Below are positions 32,669-42,836 of a stretch of 42,836 nucleotides of DNA, piece by piece (position 1 is the first letter of the stretch; each line of letters starts with the position of its first letter). Both the position numbers and the translations under genes were made by a program. This DNA is from Gaiellales bacterium (lineage in GTDB: Bacteria; Actinomycetota; Thermoleophilia; Gaiellales; JAICJC01): assembly GCA_051955775.1 (NCBI GenBank), contig JBQCGJ010000244.1, positions 1 through 42,836 on the forward strand. Reading direction: 5' to 3'. Under the pieces are notes generated by a model that had not been told where the DNA came from, searched no databases, and worked only from the letters and a program-made list of their open reading frames with translations.

Positions 32669-33469
32669 ATGCTATCAGAGCGCCAGATGGTGCAGGCGCT
32701 GGCCTCGGTCGCCGTTGGCATTGGAGACGACGCGGCGGTGCTGGAGGGCGGCCTGGTGTTCGCCTCGGACATGCTGGTGGAGGGCCAGCACTTCCAGATC
32801 GGGCGGCTGGACGCCTTCGCGGCCGGCCGGCGGGCGGCCGGAGCCAACCTGTCCGACATGGCGGCGATGGCGGCCGAGCCGCTGTGCATGGTGGCCGCGT
32901 TCGGGTTACCGGAGGGTTTCGAAGAGGTGCAGCGGCTGGCCGAGGGAATCGCCTCGTACGATGTGCCGCTGGTCGGCGGAGACCTCACTCGCAGCGACCG
33001 GCTGGTGATCTCGATCGCAGTGCTGGGGCGGGCCGAGCGGCCCGTGCTGCGCTCCGGGGGACGGCCGGGCGACCTGCTGGCGGTGACCGGTGAGCTGGGG
33101 CGCCAGGCTGCCACCGGCTACACCGCGCCGGTGACGCCGCGGCTCGCGGAGGGACGCGCGCTGGGCTCGGTGGCGACCGCCATGATCGACCTCTCCGACG
33201 GCATCGCCTCGGATGCGAGGCTGCTGGCCGAGGCGTCGGGCTGCGGCGCCGTGATCGAGCTCGCCACGCTGCCCATCGCTCCGGGCGCGACGCTCGAGCA
33301 GGCGGCCGGCGGCGGCGAGGACTACGAGCTCCTGGCTGCGCTGCCCGGCGGCGCCGAGATGCCTGTCCCGATGACGGTGGTCGGACATCTGACCGCCGAG
33401 CCGGGGTTCCGTCTGCTGGACGAGTCGGGGCGAGCGCGCGACATCCGCGGCTGGGACCACTTCGCATGA
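32669..33469 (+). CDS. thiL: Thiamine-monophosphate kinase
   Basis: GIGDDAAV, DMLVEGQHF, NLSDMAAM, GGD, IDLSDG, GGEDYEL and GWDHF motifs. Confidence 0.94.
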   Translation: MLSERQMVQALASVAVGIGDDAAVLEGGLVFASDMLVEGQHFQIGRLDAFAAGRRAAGANLSDMAAMAAEPLCMVAAFGLPEGFEEVQRLAEGIASYDVPLVGGDLTRSDRLVISIAVLGRAERPVLRSGGRPGDLLAVTGELGRQAATGYTAPVTPRLAEGRALGSVATAMIDLSDGIASDARLLAEASGCGAVIELATLPIAPGATLEQAAGGGEDYELLAALPGGAEMPVPMTVVGHLTAEPGFRLLDESGRARDIRGWDHFA

Positions 33470-34305
33470 TCCCGATCCTCAGCGGGCTGTCGGCGGCCGT
33501 CCTGTGGGGCGGCTCAACGCTCGCCGCGTCGCGCTCGACCCGGATCATCGGAGCGCAGCAGGCGCTGGCCTATGTGATGCTGTTCGGGCTGGTCGCAACC
33601 AGCGTCGCGGTCGCAGTGTCCGGCCCGCCGCCCCATCCGTCGCCGCGGGCCTTGGGGTGGGCGCTGCTGGGAGGGGTGGCGTCGGCAGTCGGCCTGGGCA
33701 TGATGTACCGCGCGCTGCGGCACGGGAAGGTCGGCGTGGTCGCCCCGATCGCCTCCACCGAGGGGGCGCTGGCTGCGATGTTCTCGGTGGCGTTCCTGGG
33801 CGAGCAGCTGACCGCGGGCGTAGTCGTGTGCCTCGCCGTGATCGCGGCCGGCGTGGTGCTGGTGACGTTGCACGGCCGCCGCTCCGACGTCCACCTGCGA
33901 CCGTCGCTGGATGCACTGGCGGCGGCGTGCGCGTTCGGCGTGGGCCTGGTCGCCAGCTCGCAGGCCGGGCATGGGCTGGGAGCCTTCTGGACGATCCTGG
34001 TGGCACGCGTCGTGGGGGTGGCCGTGATCGCCTGCCCGCTGATCCTGCGCGGCGTGCTGCGGCGGCCGGGCGCGGCCTGGTGGCTGGTGCTGTTCTCGGG
34101 GCTGGCCGAGCTGTTCGGGTTTGCGGCCTACATCTACGGCTCGCGGGGGGGCGCGGCGATTCCGGCCGTGCTCGCGTCGCAGTTCGCGGCCGTGGCCACG
34201 ATCGGCTCGTTCCTGCTGTTCGGCGAGCGCCTGCGCGGACGCCAGCTCGCGGCGGGCGCCGTGATCATCGCCGGCGTGGGCGGGCTCGCGCTGCTCCGCG
34301 CGTAG
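33466..34305 (+). CDS. EamA/DMT-family transporter
   Basis: About 10 hydrophobic segments; GKVGVVAPI and FLGE/LFGERL repeats. Confidence 0.85.
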   Translation: MIPILSGLSAAVLWGGSTLAASRSTRIIGAQQALAYVMLFGLVATSVAVAVSGPPPHPSPRALGWALLGGVASAVGLGMMYRALRHGKVGVVAPIASTEGALAAMFSVAFLGEQLTAGVVVCLAVIAAGVVLVTLHGRRSDVHLRPSLDALAAACAFGVGLVASSQAGHGLGAFWTILVARVVGVAVIACPLILRGVLRRPGAAWWLVLFSGLAELFGFAAYIYGSRGGAAIPAVLASQFAAVATIGSFLLFGERLRGRQLAAGAVIIAGVGGLALLRA

Positions 34306-34320
34306 CCTGCCGCCGGAGCT

Positions 34321-34659
34321 CTAGGCCGATGCCCCCAGCCAGGCCGACAGCTCGTCCTCCAGCTTGCGGCGCGGCTGTGCCCCGATCAGCTTCTTCTGCA
34401 CCTCGCCCTTCTCGAACACCATCAGCGTCGGGATGGACAGGATGTCGTAGCGCGACGCGGTCTGGAAGTTGTCGTCGACGTTCAGCTTGGTGAACTTGAC
34501 GCGACCGGAGTGCTGTGCAGCCATCTCGTCGAGGATCGGGTCCATCACCCTGCAGGGACCGCACCAGGGCGCCCAGAAGTCCACCACCACCGGATCGTCA
34601 GACCCCACCACCTGCTCGTCCCATGTGGCGTCAGTGACCTCGACCATTTGCTCGCTCAC
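34321..34659 (-). CDS. trxA: Thioredoxin
   Basis: DFWAPWCGPC and SIPTL; AAGGAG SD; TATACT at 34688-34693. Confidence 0.96.
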   Translation of the reverse strand: MSEQMVEVTDATWDEQVVGSDDPVVVDFWAPWCGPCRVMDPILDEMAAQHSGRVKFTKLNVDDNFQTASRYDILSIPTLMVFEKGEVQKKLIGAQPRRKLEDELSAWLGASA

Positions 34660-34705
34660 GACCAGCTCCTTGCCTCGCCTGGAGCCGAGTATAGCGACCG
34701 CGGGA

Positions 34706-35500
34706 TCAGCCTCCCGGCTCGCCGTGGGCGTTCTCACCGGGGCTTGCGGCCCCCCGGGCTGTGGCCGTCTCGAGCCGTCCGGCGAGCGCTCTGGCCCGCA
34801 GCGCCGGCACCTGCCAGACGGCCTCCAGCACGATCGCCATGCTCATCTTCGATTCGCCGAGGGTGCGGTCCTCGAACGTGATCGGCACCTCGGTCACGCG
34901 GCCGCCCATGCGCAGGGTGCGGTACGTCAGCTCGATCTGGAACACGTACCCCTGTCCGTGCACGGCGTCCAGGTCGAGCGCCTCCAGCACCCAGCGGCGG
35001 AAGCACTTGTACCCGCCCGTGAGGTCGGACACGTTCACGCCCAGCCACGTGCGGGCGTAGAACGAGCCGCCGCGGGAGATGATCCGGCGGTGCAGCGGCC
35101 ATCCGACCACGCCGCCCCCGGGGACGTACCGCGAGCCCAGCACGAGGTCGGCGTTGCGGCTTGCCTCGAGCATGCGCGGCACCGCCTGCGGCGGGTGGGA
35201 CAGGTCACAGTCCATCTCCAGCACGTGTGAATAGCCGCGCTCGAGCGCCCACCGAAAGCCCGCCACGTACGCCCGTCCGAGCCCCTGCTTGGCGCCGCGG
35301 TGCAGCACGTGCACCCAATCGTGGCGGCGGGCCAGATCGTCGGCCAGCCGGCCGGTGCCGTCCGGCGATCCGTCGTCGGTGACCAGCACGTCGCCGGAGA
35401 ACGGCGCCTGCTCGCGGACCCTGGCCAGCGCATCGATCACCCGCGGAAGGTTCTCGAGCTCGTTGTACGTGGGGAGCACGATCAGGAACCGGTCGGGCAC
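34706..35500 (-). CDS. Polyprenol monophosphomannose synthase (GT2, DPM1-like)
   Basis: PTYNE, DDGSPDGTG, GLGRAY, MDCDLSH, GSRY and EVPITF.DR..G.SKM motifs. Confidence 0.92.
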   Translation of the reverse strand: MPDRFLIVLPTYNELENLPRVIDALARVREQAPFSGDVLVTDDGSPDGTGRLADDLARRHDWVHVLHRGAKQGLGRAYVAGFRWALERGYSHVLEMDCDLSHPPQAVPRMLEASRNADLVLGSRYVPGGGVVGWPLHRRIISRGGSFYARTWLGVNVSDLTGGYKCFRRWVLEALDLDAVHGQGYVFQIELTYRTLRMGGRVTEVPITFEDRTLGESKMSMAIVLEAVWQVPALRARALAGRLETATARGAASPGENAHGEPGG

Positions 35501-35550
35501 GGGCTGAGAGCATAACGGCCGTGTGTTCGACATCCGTATGATCAGGTGCC

Positions 35551-37287
35551 GTGGCAGCCACCGACCTGACCAACGGGGACATCGCCGACCGGTTCGACCT
35601 GCTGGCCGACCTGCTGGAGCTGGAGGGCGCGGTCGTGTATCGCATTCTCGCCTACCGGCGGGCCGCCAAGGCGCTGCGGGAGACGCCGGAGTCGGTCGTG
35701 CGGCTGTCCCAGCAGGGCAAGCTCACCTCACTCCCCGGCGTCGGTTCGACGATCAGCGACAAGGTGGGCGAGCTCGTCGCCACGGGCGACATCGCAGCCC
35801 TGAAGAAGCTGGTCGACCGCAATCCGCCGGGCATCGTGCCGGTGATGCGAATCTCCGGGATCGGGCCCAAGACGGCCCGCCGGATCTTCGACGACCTCGG
35901 GCTGCGCACGGTCGAGGACGTGCGCTCGGCCGCCCGCGAGGAACGCATCCGGCGGCTGCCAGGGCTGGGCGAGCGCACCGAGGAGCTGATCCTGGAGGGG
36001 CTGTCCGAGCAGGCTGCCCCGGCCAGCCCGCGCATCTCGGTGGCCCGCCTGCGGCGGCTGGCCGACGGCATCCTGGAGGAGCTCGAGCGATCGCCGGCCG
36101 TCGTCCACTGCGAGGTCGCCGGCAGCATCCGGCGCTACGCCGAGACGGCCAAGGACATCGATCTGGTGGCGGCCGTGACCAACCGCATGACCGCGGCCGA
36201 GGCGTTCACGGCCGGCGAGTGGGTGGCGCGGGTGGAGTCGTCAGGGGACTCGCTGGTGGCCGCCCGTGCCCACGACGGCACCCGGGTCGAGCTGCGCATG
36301 GTGCCGGAGAGGTGCTTCGGCAACCTGCTTCAGCACTCGACCGGCTCGAAGGCGCACAACGTGGCCCTGCGGGAGGCGGCCGTGCGCGCGGGCCTGAGCG
36401 TGTCCGAGCACGGCATCGAGGAGGTCGCCACGGGTACCGTGGACACGGCCGCCGACGAGGCCGAGGTGTACGCCCGGCTCGGCCTGCCCTGGATCCCGCC
36501 GGAGCTGCGCGAGAACAAGGGGGAGCTGGAGGCGGCCCGGGCCGGCCGTCTGCCCGAGCTGGTCGAGCTCGGCCAGATCCGCGGCGATCTGCACTCCCAC
36601 ACCGACTGGAGCGATGGCAAGGCCACGCTCGAGCGGATGGTGGACACGGCCGTCGAGCGCGGCTACTCGTATCTGGCGATCACCGACCACTCGCCGGCTG
36701 TCGGATTCGGCATGGGCCTGGACGCCGGCCGTCTGCGCGCCCAGATCGACCGCGTGCGCGAGCTTGCCGCCCAGCTCGAGCCCGCCTTCACGCTGCTGGT
36801 GGGCTGTGAGGTGGACATCCTCAAGGACGGCTCCCTCGACTACTCGGACGAGCTGCTGGCGGAGCTGGACGTGGTGGTGGCCAGCGTGCACGCCGGCCAC
36901 CGGCTGAACGAGAAAGACCAGACGCGCCGGGTGTGCGCCGCGATGGAGAACCCGCACGTGCACAATCTCGGTCACCCGACTGGCCGGATGATCGGCGTGC
37001 GCGACCCTCGTCCGCTGGATATCGAGCAGGTGATCGCGACGGCCATCGAGACGGGAACGGTGCTGGAGGTGTCCGCCCAGCCCCACCGGCTCGACCTGCG
37101 CGATTCCCACGTCCGGCTGGCGGTGCGCAGCGGGGCGCGGCTGGTCATCGACACCGACGCGCACTCGGTCGACGCGCTGGACTACATGTCCTACGGCGTC
37201 ATGAACGCGCGTCGCGGGTGGGCCGAGCCCGAGAACGTGGTCAACACCCGCGAGTGGGGCGAGGCCAGGAAGCTGCTCAAGGCGTAG
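35551..37287 (+). CDS. polX: DNA polymerase X with PHP 3'-5' exonuclease domain
   Basis: AYRRAA, HhH GIGPK, GSIRR..KDID, TGSKAHN, IPPELRE; PHP motifs HSH, TDH and DAH. Confidence 0.94.
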   Translation: MAATDLTNGDIADRFDLLADLLELEGAVVYRILAYRRAAKALRETPESVVRLSQQGKLTSLPGVGSTISDKVGELVATGDIAALKKLVDRNPPGIVPVMRISGIGPKTARRIFDDLGLRTVEDVRSAAREERIRRLPGLGERTEELILEGLSEQAAPASPRISVARLRRLADGILEELERSPAVVHCEVAGSIRRYAETAKDIDLVAAVTNRMTAAEAFTAGEWVARVESSGDSLVAARAHDGTRVELRMVPERCFGNLLQHSTGSKAHNVALREAAVRAGLSVSEHGIEEVATGTVDTAADEAEVYARLGLPWIPPELRENKGELEAARAGRLPELVELGQIRGDLHSHTDWSDGKATLERMVDTAVERGYSYLAITDHSPAVGFGMGLDAGRLRAQIDRVRELAAQLEPAFTLLVGCEVDILKDGSLDYSDELLAELDVVVASVHAGHRLNEKDQTRRVCAAMENPHVHNLGHPTGRMIGVRDPRPLDIEQVIATAIETGTVLEVSAQPHRLDLRDSHVRLAVRSGARLVIDTDAHSVDALDYMSYGVMNARRGWAEPENVVNTREWGEARKLLKA

Positions 37288-37294
37288 GTGACCA

Positions 37295-37313
37295 TCCGGC
37301 GAACGACGCCGGA
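37295..37313. terminator. GC hairpin between convergent genes
   Basis: TCCGGCG-AACGA-CGCCGGA; no U-tract. Confidence 0.4.
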
Positions 37314-37323
37314 CGTCGACCGG

Positions 37324-37530
37324 CTACGACTGGGCGGAGACGATCTCGCCGGTCAGCACCGCCTGGCCGTCCTCCACGGACAGCATCACGCGGTCGGCCC
37401 AGAAGAACTGGCGCTCCAGCGCCGCAAACACGTCGACCACGCCGGGGGTCTCCTGCTCGAGCTCGCCGCGTGTGGCCTCGACGCCGATGAGAGTGGTTCC
37501 TGTCACCCTTCCACGGTACGGGCGCGTCAC
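37324..37530 (-). CDS. Small hypothetical protein (68 aa)
   Basis: GTGA-coupled to the NUDIX gene; GC3-rich codons; fills an otherwise empty gap. Confidence 0.7.
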   Translation of the reverse strand: MTRPYRGRVTGTTLIGVEATRGELEQETPGVVDVFAALERQFFWADRVMLSVEDGQAVLTGEIVSAQS

Positions 37531-38096
37531 CCCTCGAGCAACCCCGCGATGCGGTCGTGCAGGTCGGCGCGGTAGCGGAACAGCCCGCCCGGACCGGCGC
37601 GCAACACGGAGGCCACCGGCCCGGTGAGCTCATGCATGGTCATCCAGCGTGCATCGTCGATCTCCCGGCGGTCACGCGGTGCCAGACGGGTGTTGCGCAC
37701 CGGATGAGCCGTGACGACGTGCGTCGTCCAGCGGTCGACGCCCCCGTCCGCGTGCACGAACCGCGCGCGGACCACCAGCAGGTACGAGTCCAGCTCGATG
37801 CGCAGGCCGATCTCCTCCATTGCCTCGCGCAGCACGCCCTGTTCGAAGCTCTCGCCGCGGGCGATCCCCCCGGATGGGATCCGCCACGCGCCCGGCGGGA
37901 AGGTCGGCTTGCGGATCACCGCCACCCGTCCACGTGCGTCCCACACGGCGAAGGTGACGTCGTGGCGGCGGTCCGGGCCGCCCATCCCCAGCGTCCTGCG
38001 GTCGCCCCGCGGCAGGGGCACCGTCGGCCGCCACTCCCGCGGGCGGCCCAGACGCCGCCGCCCCGGAGCCAGCAGAGCGCGGTCGACGTGCGTCAC
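37527..38096 (-). CDS. NUDIX hydrolase
   Basis: Nudix box GGIARGESFEQGVLREAMEEIG. Confidence 0.9.
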   Translation of the reverse strand: MTHVDRALLAPGRRRLGRPREWRPTVPLPRGDRRTLGMGGPDRRHDVTFAVWDARGRVAVIRKPTFPPGAWRIPSGGIARGESFEQGVLREAMEEIGLRIELDSYLLVVRARFVHADGGVDRWTTHVVTAHPVRNTRLAPRDRREIDDARWMTMHELTGPVASVLRAGPGGLFRYRADLHDRIAGLLEG

Positions 38097-38857
38097 GACG
38101 CCAGGTGCCGCAGCAGCTCGGCCACCTCTCTTGGCCCGTCCAGCACCTCGTCGGCCATGTCGAGCAGCTCCTGCGGCCCCTCCGCCGAGCGCACGGCGAT
38201 GCGGATCGTCGCCTCGCGGAAGGCGTCGATGTCACTGCGGTCGTCACCGCAGAACAGGAGCTCGGTGATCCGCTTTCGCCCCCGCAGACGGCGCACCGCC
38301 GAGCCCTTGTCGAGCGGCACGGGAGGCCGCACCTCCAGCACCATGCGCCCGAACGCCGCCGCCAGGCCGGCGCGCTCCAGCTTGGGCACGATCTGCGCCT
38401 CCAGATAGCGCAGTGCGTGGTCGGGCCGGGGCGAGTTGCGGAAGTGCACGGTGAAGGTGATGCCCTTGTCCTCGACCTTGCAGCCCAGCTCGGGTAGCAG
38501 CCCGTCGTTCTGCACCATGACCAGCGCGTGGCGCACCGCGTCGCGGTGCTTGGCCGCCTGCGGCGCCAGGTGCACGGCGCCGTCGCGCCACACCTCCAGC
38601 CCGTGATTGCCGGAGATGGCAACGGTCTCGACCGGCACCAGGCGCCGGGCCTCAGCGGCAGGGCGGCCGGTCACACAGGCCACCAGCCCGTAGCGGCCGG
38701 CCAGCCGTTCCATCACGTTCAGGGTCGCCTTTGGCACCCGCGCTCGCGCGGGTGTGGAGACGATCGGCGCCAGCGTGCCGTCGATGTCGCACACGATCGC
38801 GCTGCGCCTGGGGTCGGCGACCAGCGGGGCAACCAGCCGGACCAGCCGCTCGTCCAC
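38093..38857 (-). CDS. otsB: Trehalose-6-phosphate phosphatase (HAD IIB)
   Basis: DIDGTLAPIV, TGR, GNHGLE, EDKG, LEVRP..DKG and GDDRSD motifs. Confidence 0.9.
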   Translation of the reverse strand: MDERLVRLVAPLVADPRRSAIVCDIDGTLAPIVSTPARARVPKATLNVMERLAGRYGLVACVTGRPAAEARRLVPVETVAISGNHGLEVWRDGAVHLAPQAAKHRDAVRHALVMVQNDGLLPELGCKVEDKGITFTVHFRNSPRPDHALRYLEAQIVPKLERAGLAAAFGRMVLEVRPPVPLDKGSAVRRLRGRKRITELLFCGDDRSDIDAFREATIRIAVRSAEGPQELLDMADEVLDGPREVAELLRHLAS

Positions 38858-38875
38858 GCTGCAACAATACCCGCC

Positions 38876-39232
38876 GTGCCCGCACGCTTCCCGACCCTGG
38901 TCGCCACCGGTCTGGCGGCGGGGTTCCTGGCCGGAGTGTTCGGGATCGGGGGAGGGATCGTGATCGTACCCATGCTGGTGGCGGGCGCCGCGTATCCGGC
39001 CAAATCCGCCATGGCAACGTCGCTTGCGGCGATGCTGTTCACCGCGCTGGCGGCAGGGGCGTCGCATGCCCAGGCCGGCCAGGTTGCCTGGACCGACGCC
39101 GTGCTGATCGGCGTCCCGGCAACGGCCGGAGCGGTGGCCGGCGCGTGGCTGCACCAGCGGATCGCGACCCGCGCCGTGGTGCTCGGCTTCTCGGTGTTGC
39201 TCGCAGTGACGGCGGCCAGGCTGGCGCTGTGA
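38876..39232 (+). CDS. Half-size TauE/SafE (TSUP) transporter, part 1
   Basis: GVFGIGGGIVIVP, A.ATSL; about 4 TM segments. Confidence 0.82.
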   Translation: MPARFPTLVATGLAAGFLAGVFGIGGGIVIVPMLVAGAAYPAKSAMATSLAAMLFTALAAGASHAQAGQVAWTDAVLIGVPATAGAVAGAWLHQRIATRAVVLGFSVLLAVTAARLAL

Positions 39233-39633
39233 GCCACGAGCTGGTGGCGGTGCTCCTGGGTGCGGTGGCCGGCACGCTGTCGGCGCTGTTCGGCGTGGGC
39301 GGCGGGGTGATCTTCGTGCCCACGCTGATCTTCCTCGGCCACTCGCCGCACGTCGCCGTGGCCACATCGCTGGTGGCCATGGTGCCGGTGATCGGCATGG
39401 GGGCGTGGCGGCAGACCCGCTATGGGTCGGTGCGGTGGAGGGACGCCGTGGTCATCGGAGCTGCGTCGGTGCCGACGGCCAAGCTCGGGGAGGTGGTTGC
39501 GACATCGTTGTCCAACGAGGTGCTGCGGCGGTTGTTTGCGGTGGTGCTCGCCGGCGCAGCGGTGCAGCTGGCCTACCGCGCTCTGCACGTGCGGGAGACC
39601 GAGCGGGAGGAGGTGGCCGATGGACGTGCGTGA
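39229..39633 (+). CDS. Half-size TauE/SafE (TSUP) transporter, part 2
   Basis: ALFGVGGGVIFVP, AVATSL; GTGA overlap with part 1. Confidence 0.82.
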   Translation: MSHELVAVLLGAVAGTLSALFGVGGGVIFVPTLIFLGHSPHVAVATSLVAMVPVIGMGAWRQTRYGSVRWRDAVVIGAASVPTAKLGEVVATSLSNEVLRRLFAVVLAGAAVQLAYRALHVRETEREEVADGRA

Positions 39634-40036
39634 GGTGTCCCCGGCCGATGCCCTTGACGTGGCCGGCCTGCTCGACGAGCTCGGGTATCCGGCGCACCCG
39701 GAGGCGGTGCGTGACCGGCTGGCCGAGGTCGCGCGCGACTCCCGCGTGCTCGTCGCAGTGGACGACGGGCGGCTTGAGGGAATGGTCGCGAGCCACCATA
39801 TGCGAGTGCTGGAGCATGAGCAGCCGGTGTGCCTGGTGACGGTGCTGGTGGTGGCGCCCGGCGCCCGGCGGAGGGGTGTGGGGCGGCTCCTGATGGACGC
39901 CGTCGAGCGGATCGCCCGCGACGCCGGCTGCGGCCGGATCGTGGTCGGTACGGCGCACCACCGCGTGTCGGCTCACGCGTTCTACCGCGGCCGCGGCTAC
40001 GAGGACACGGGGTTGCGGTTTCAGAAGAAACTGTGA
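39620..40036 (+). CDS. GNAT acetyltransferase
   Basis: LVVAPGARRRGVGRLL acetyl-CoA motif and AHAFY..GY; GGAGG SD. Confidence 0.9.
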   Translation: MDVREVSPADALDVAGLLDELGYPAHPEAVRDRLAEVARDSRVLVAVDDGRLEGMVASHHMRVLEHEQPVCLVTVLVVAPGARRRGVGRLLMDAVERIARDAGCGRIVVGTAHHRVSAHAFYRGRGYEDTGLRFQKKL

Positions 40037-40097
40037 GGCTGGTCGGCGGGCCTCGTCGGCGCTGCACTGGACCGAAATCAGGTGCGCAGGCGGTGAG

Positions 40098-42095
<1,998 letters not shown>

Positions 42096-42119
42096 GGATG
42101 CTCCTCCCTCCGGGCCGGT

Positions 42120-42482
42120 CTACGGCTCGTAGTCGAACTCGTCCTCGTCGTGGCTCAACAGCTGCTTGGCCGCGGCGACGGCGCCGATCACGATTGCCGA
42201 GGTGAGGATCAGCTTGCGCAGCTTGTGGCTCTTGCGCTTGGGCTGCTCCGACAGCCGGCGGGCCGTCTGACGCAGCTCGGCGGCTGCCTTCACGACCTCG
42301 TCCTGCACATCCCTGCGGGTAGCCGCCCTGCGTGCGCCGTCCGACTGGATCCTCTGATAGATCACGCGTGCCGAGTCGAGCGCTGTCTTGGCGTGGGCCC
42401 GCAGCTCTTCGTCCTCGGCGATCCTCGAGACAAATGGCGTGACGGTGTCCGCTACCTTGTCAGTGCGCAGCTTTGTCTGCAC
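42120..42482 (-). CDS. Hypothetical protein with C-terminal TM helix and acidic tail
   Basis: GGGAGG SD; helical body, KRKSHKLRK, hydrophobic ILTSAIVIGAVAAA, then DEDEFDYEP. Confidence 0.75.
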   Translation of the reverse strand: MQTKLRTDKVADTVTPFVSRIAEDEELRAHAKTALDSARVIYQRIQSDGARRAATRRDVQDEVVKAAAELRQTARRLSEQPKRKSHKLRKLILTSAIVIGAVAAAKQLLSHDEDEFDYEP

Positions 42483-42522
42483 AGTGGTACCTCCCAGCGG
42501 GTTTTCCGGTCACACTACCACG

Positions 42523-42836
42523 GTGGATTTTTCCCAGTTGCGCGCGTTCTTGAACCTGCACGGGCTGCCGGCGTACCGTGGCCGCCAGGTGTACGCACAG
42601 GTAACCCGAGGGCTGGCGCAGAGCTACGACGAGATGACCGACCTGCCGGCCTCGCTGCGTCGGATGCTTGATCAGGAGCTGCCGTTGCGTGATCTGGCCG
42701 AACGGGAGCGCCAGGCATCCGCGGACGGCACGCTCAAGCTGCGGTTCACGACCGCGGACGGGTTTCCGGTGGAGGCGGTGGCGATGGCCCACGGCGATCG
42801 GCGGACGGTGTGCGTGTCATCTCAGAGCGGATGCCC
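42523..42836 (+). CDS. rlmN: Radical-SAM RNA methyltransferase RlmN (3'-partial; not in the ORF track)
   Basis: Manual translation: MDFSQLRAFL..PAYRGRQVY..YDEMTDLP..SADGTLK..VEAV..RTVCVSSQSGC. Confidence 0.9.
   Translation, partial: MDFSQLRAFLNLHGLPAYRGRQVYAQVTRGLAQSYDEMTDLPASLRRMLDQELPLRDLAERERQASADGTLKLRFTTADGFPVEAVAMAHGDRRTVCVSSQSGC

Overview
High-GC (roughly 70% by eye) chromosomal replication-origin region. Gene order and protein types point to a deep-branching actinobacterium, probably Thermoleophilia/Gaiellales-like (inference). The core block is parB-parA-rsmG-jag-yidC-yidD-rnpA-rpmH <- -> dnaA-oriC-dnaN-recF-dciA-gyrB-gyrA. The left flank holds an acyl-CoA dehydrogenase, a DUF151 nuclease, a PLP decarboxylase and tRNA-Ile. 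The right flank holds: a MerR-like HTH gene; nfeD-stomatin-galT; birA divergent from an ECF sigma-fabZ-fabH-fabD-fabG-fabF-accD-accA-cax cluster; pheA with a DUF1998 helicase; thiL-DMT; trxA; a polyprenol-phosphomannose synthase; polX; otsB-NUDIX; a split TauE pair with a GNAT; acs; and a partial rlmN. No transposase, integrase, prophage, CRISPR array or rRNA was seen. The most interesting signals are non-coding. (1) Two identically spaced ECF-type promoters (CGCAACC-N16-CGTC) suggest an ECF-sigma-controlled fatty-acid synthesis regulon. (2) A Phe-rich leader peptide with terminator/antiterminator sits upstream of pheA. (3) Two 108-128 nt nested hairpins share an internal-loop motif, and each begins at a stop codon. 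(4) Leaderless and bidirectional -10 promoters are pervasive. (5) galT appears to use an ATA start codon.
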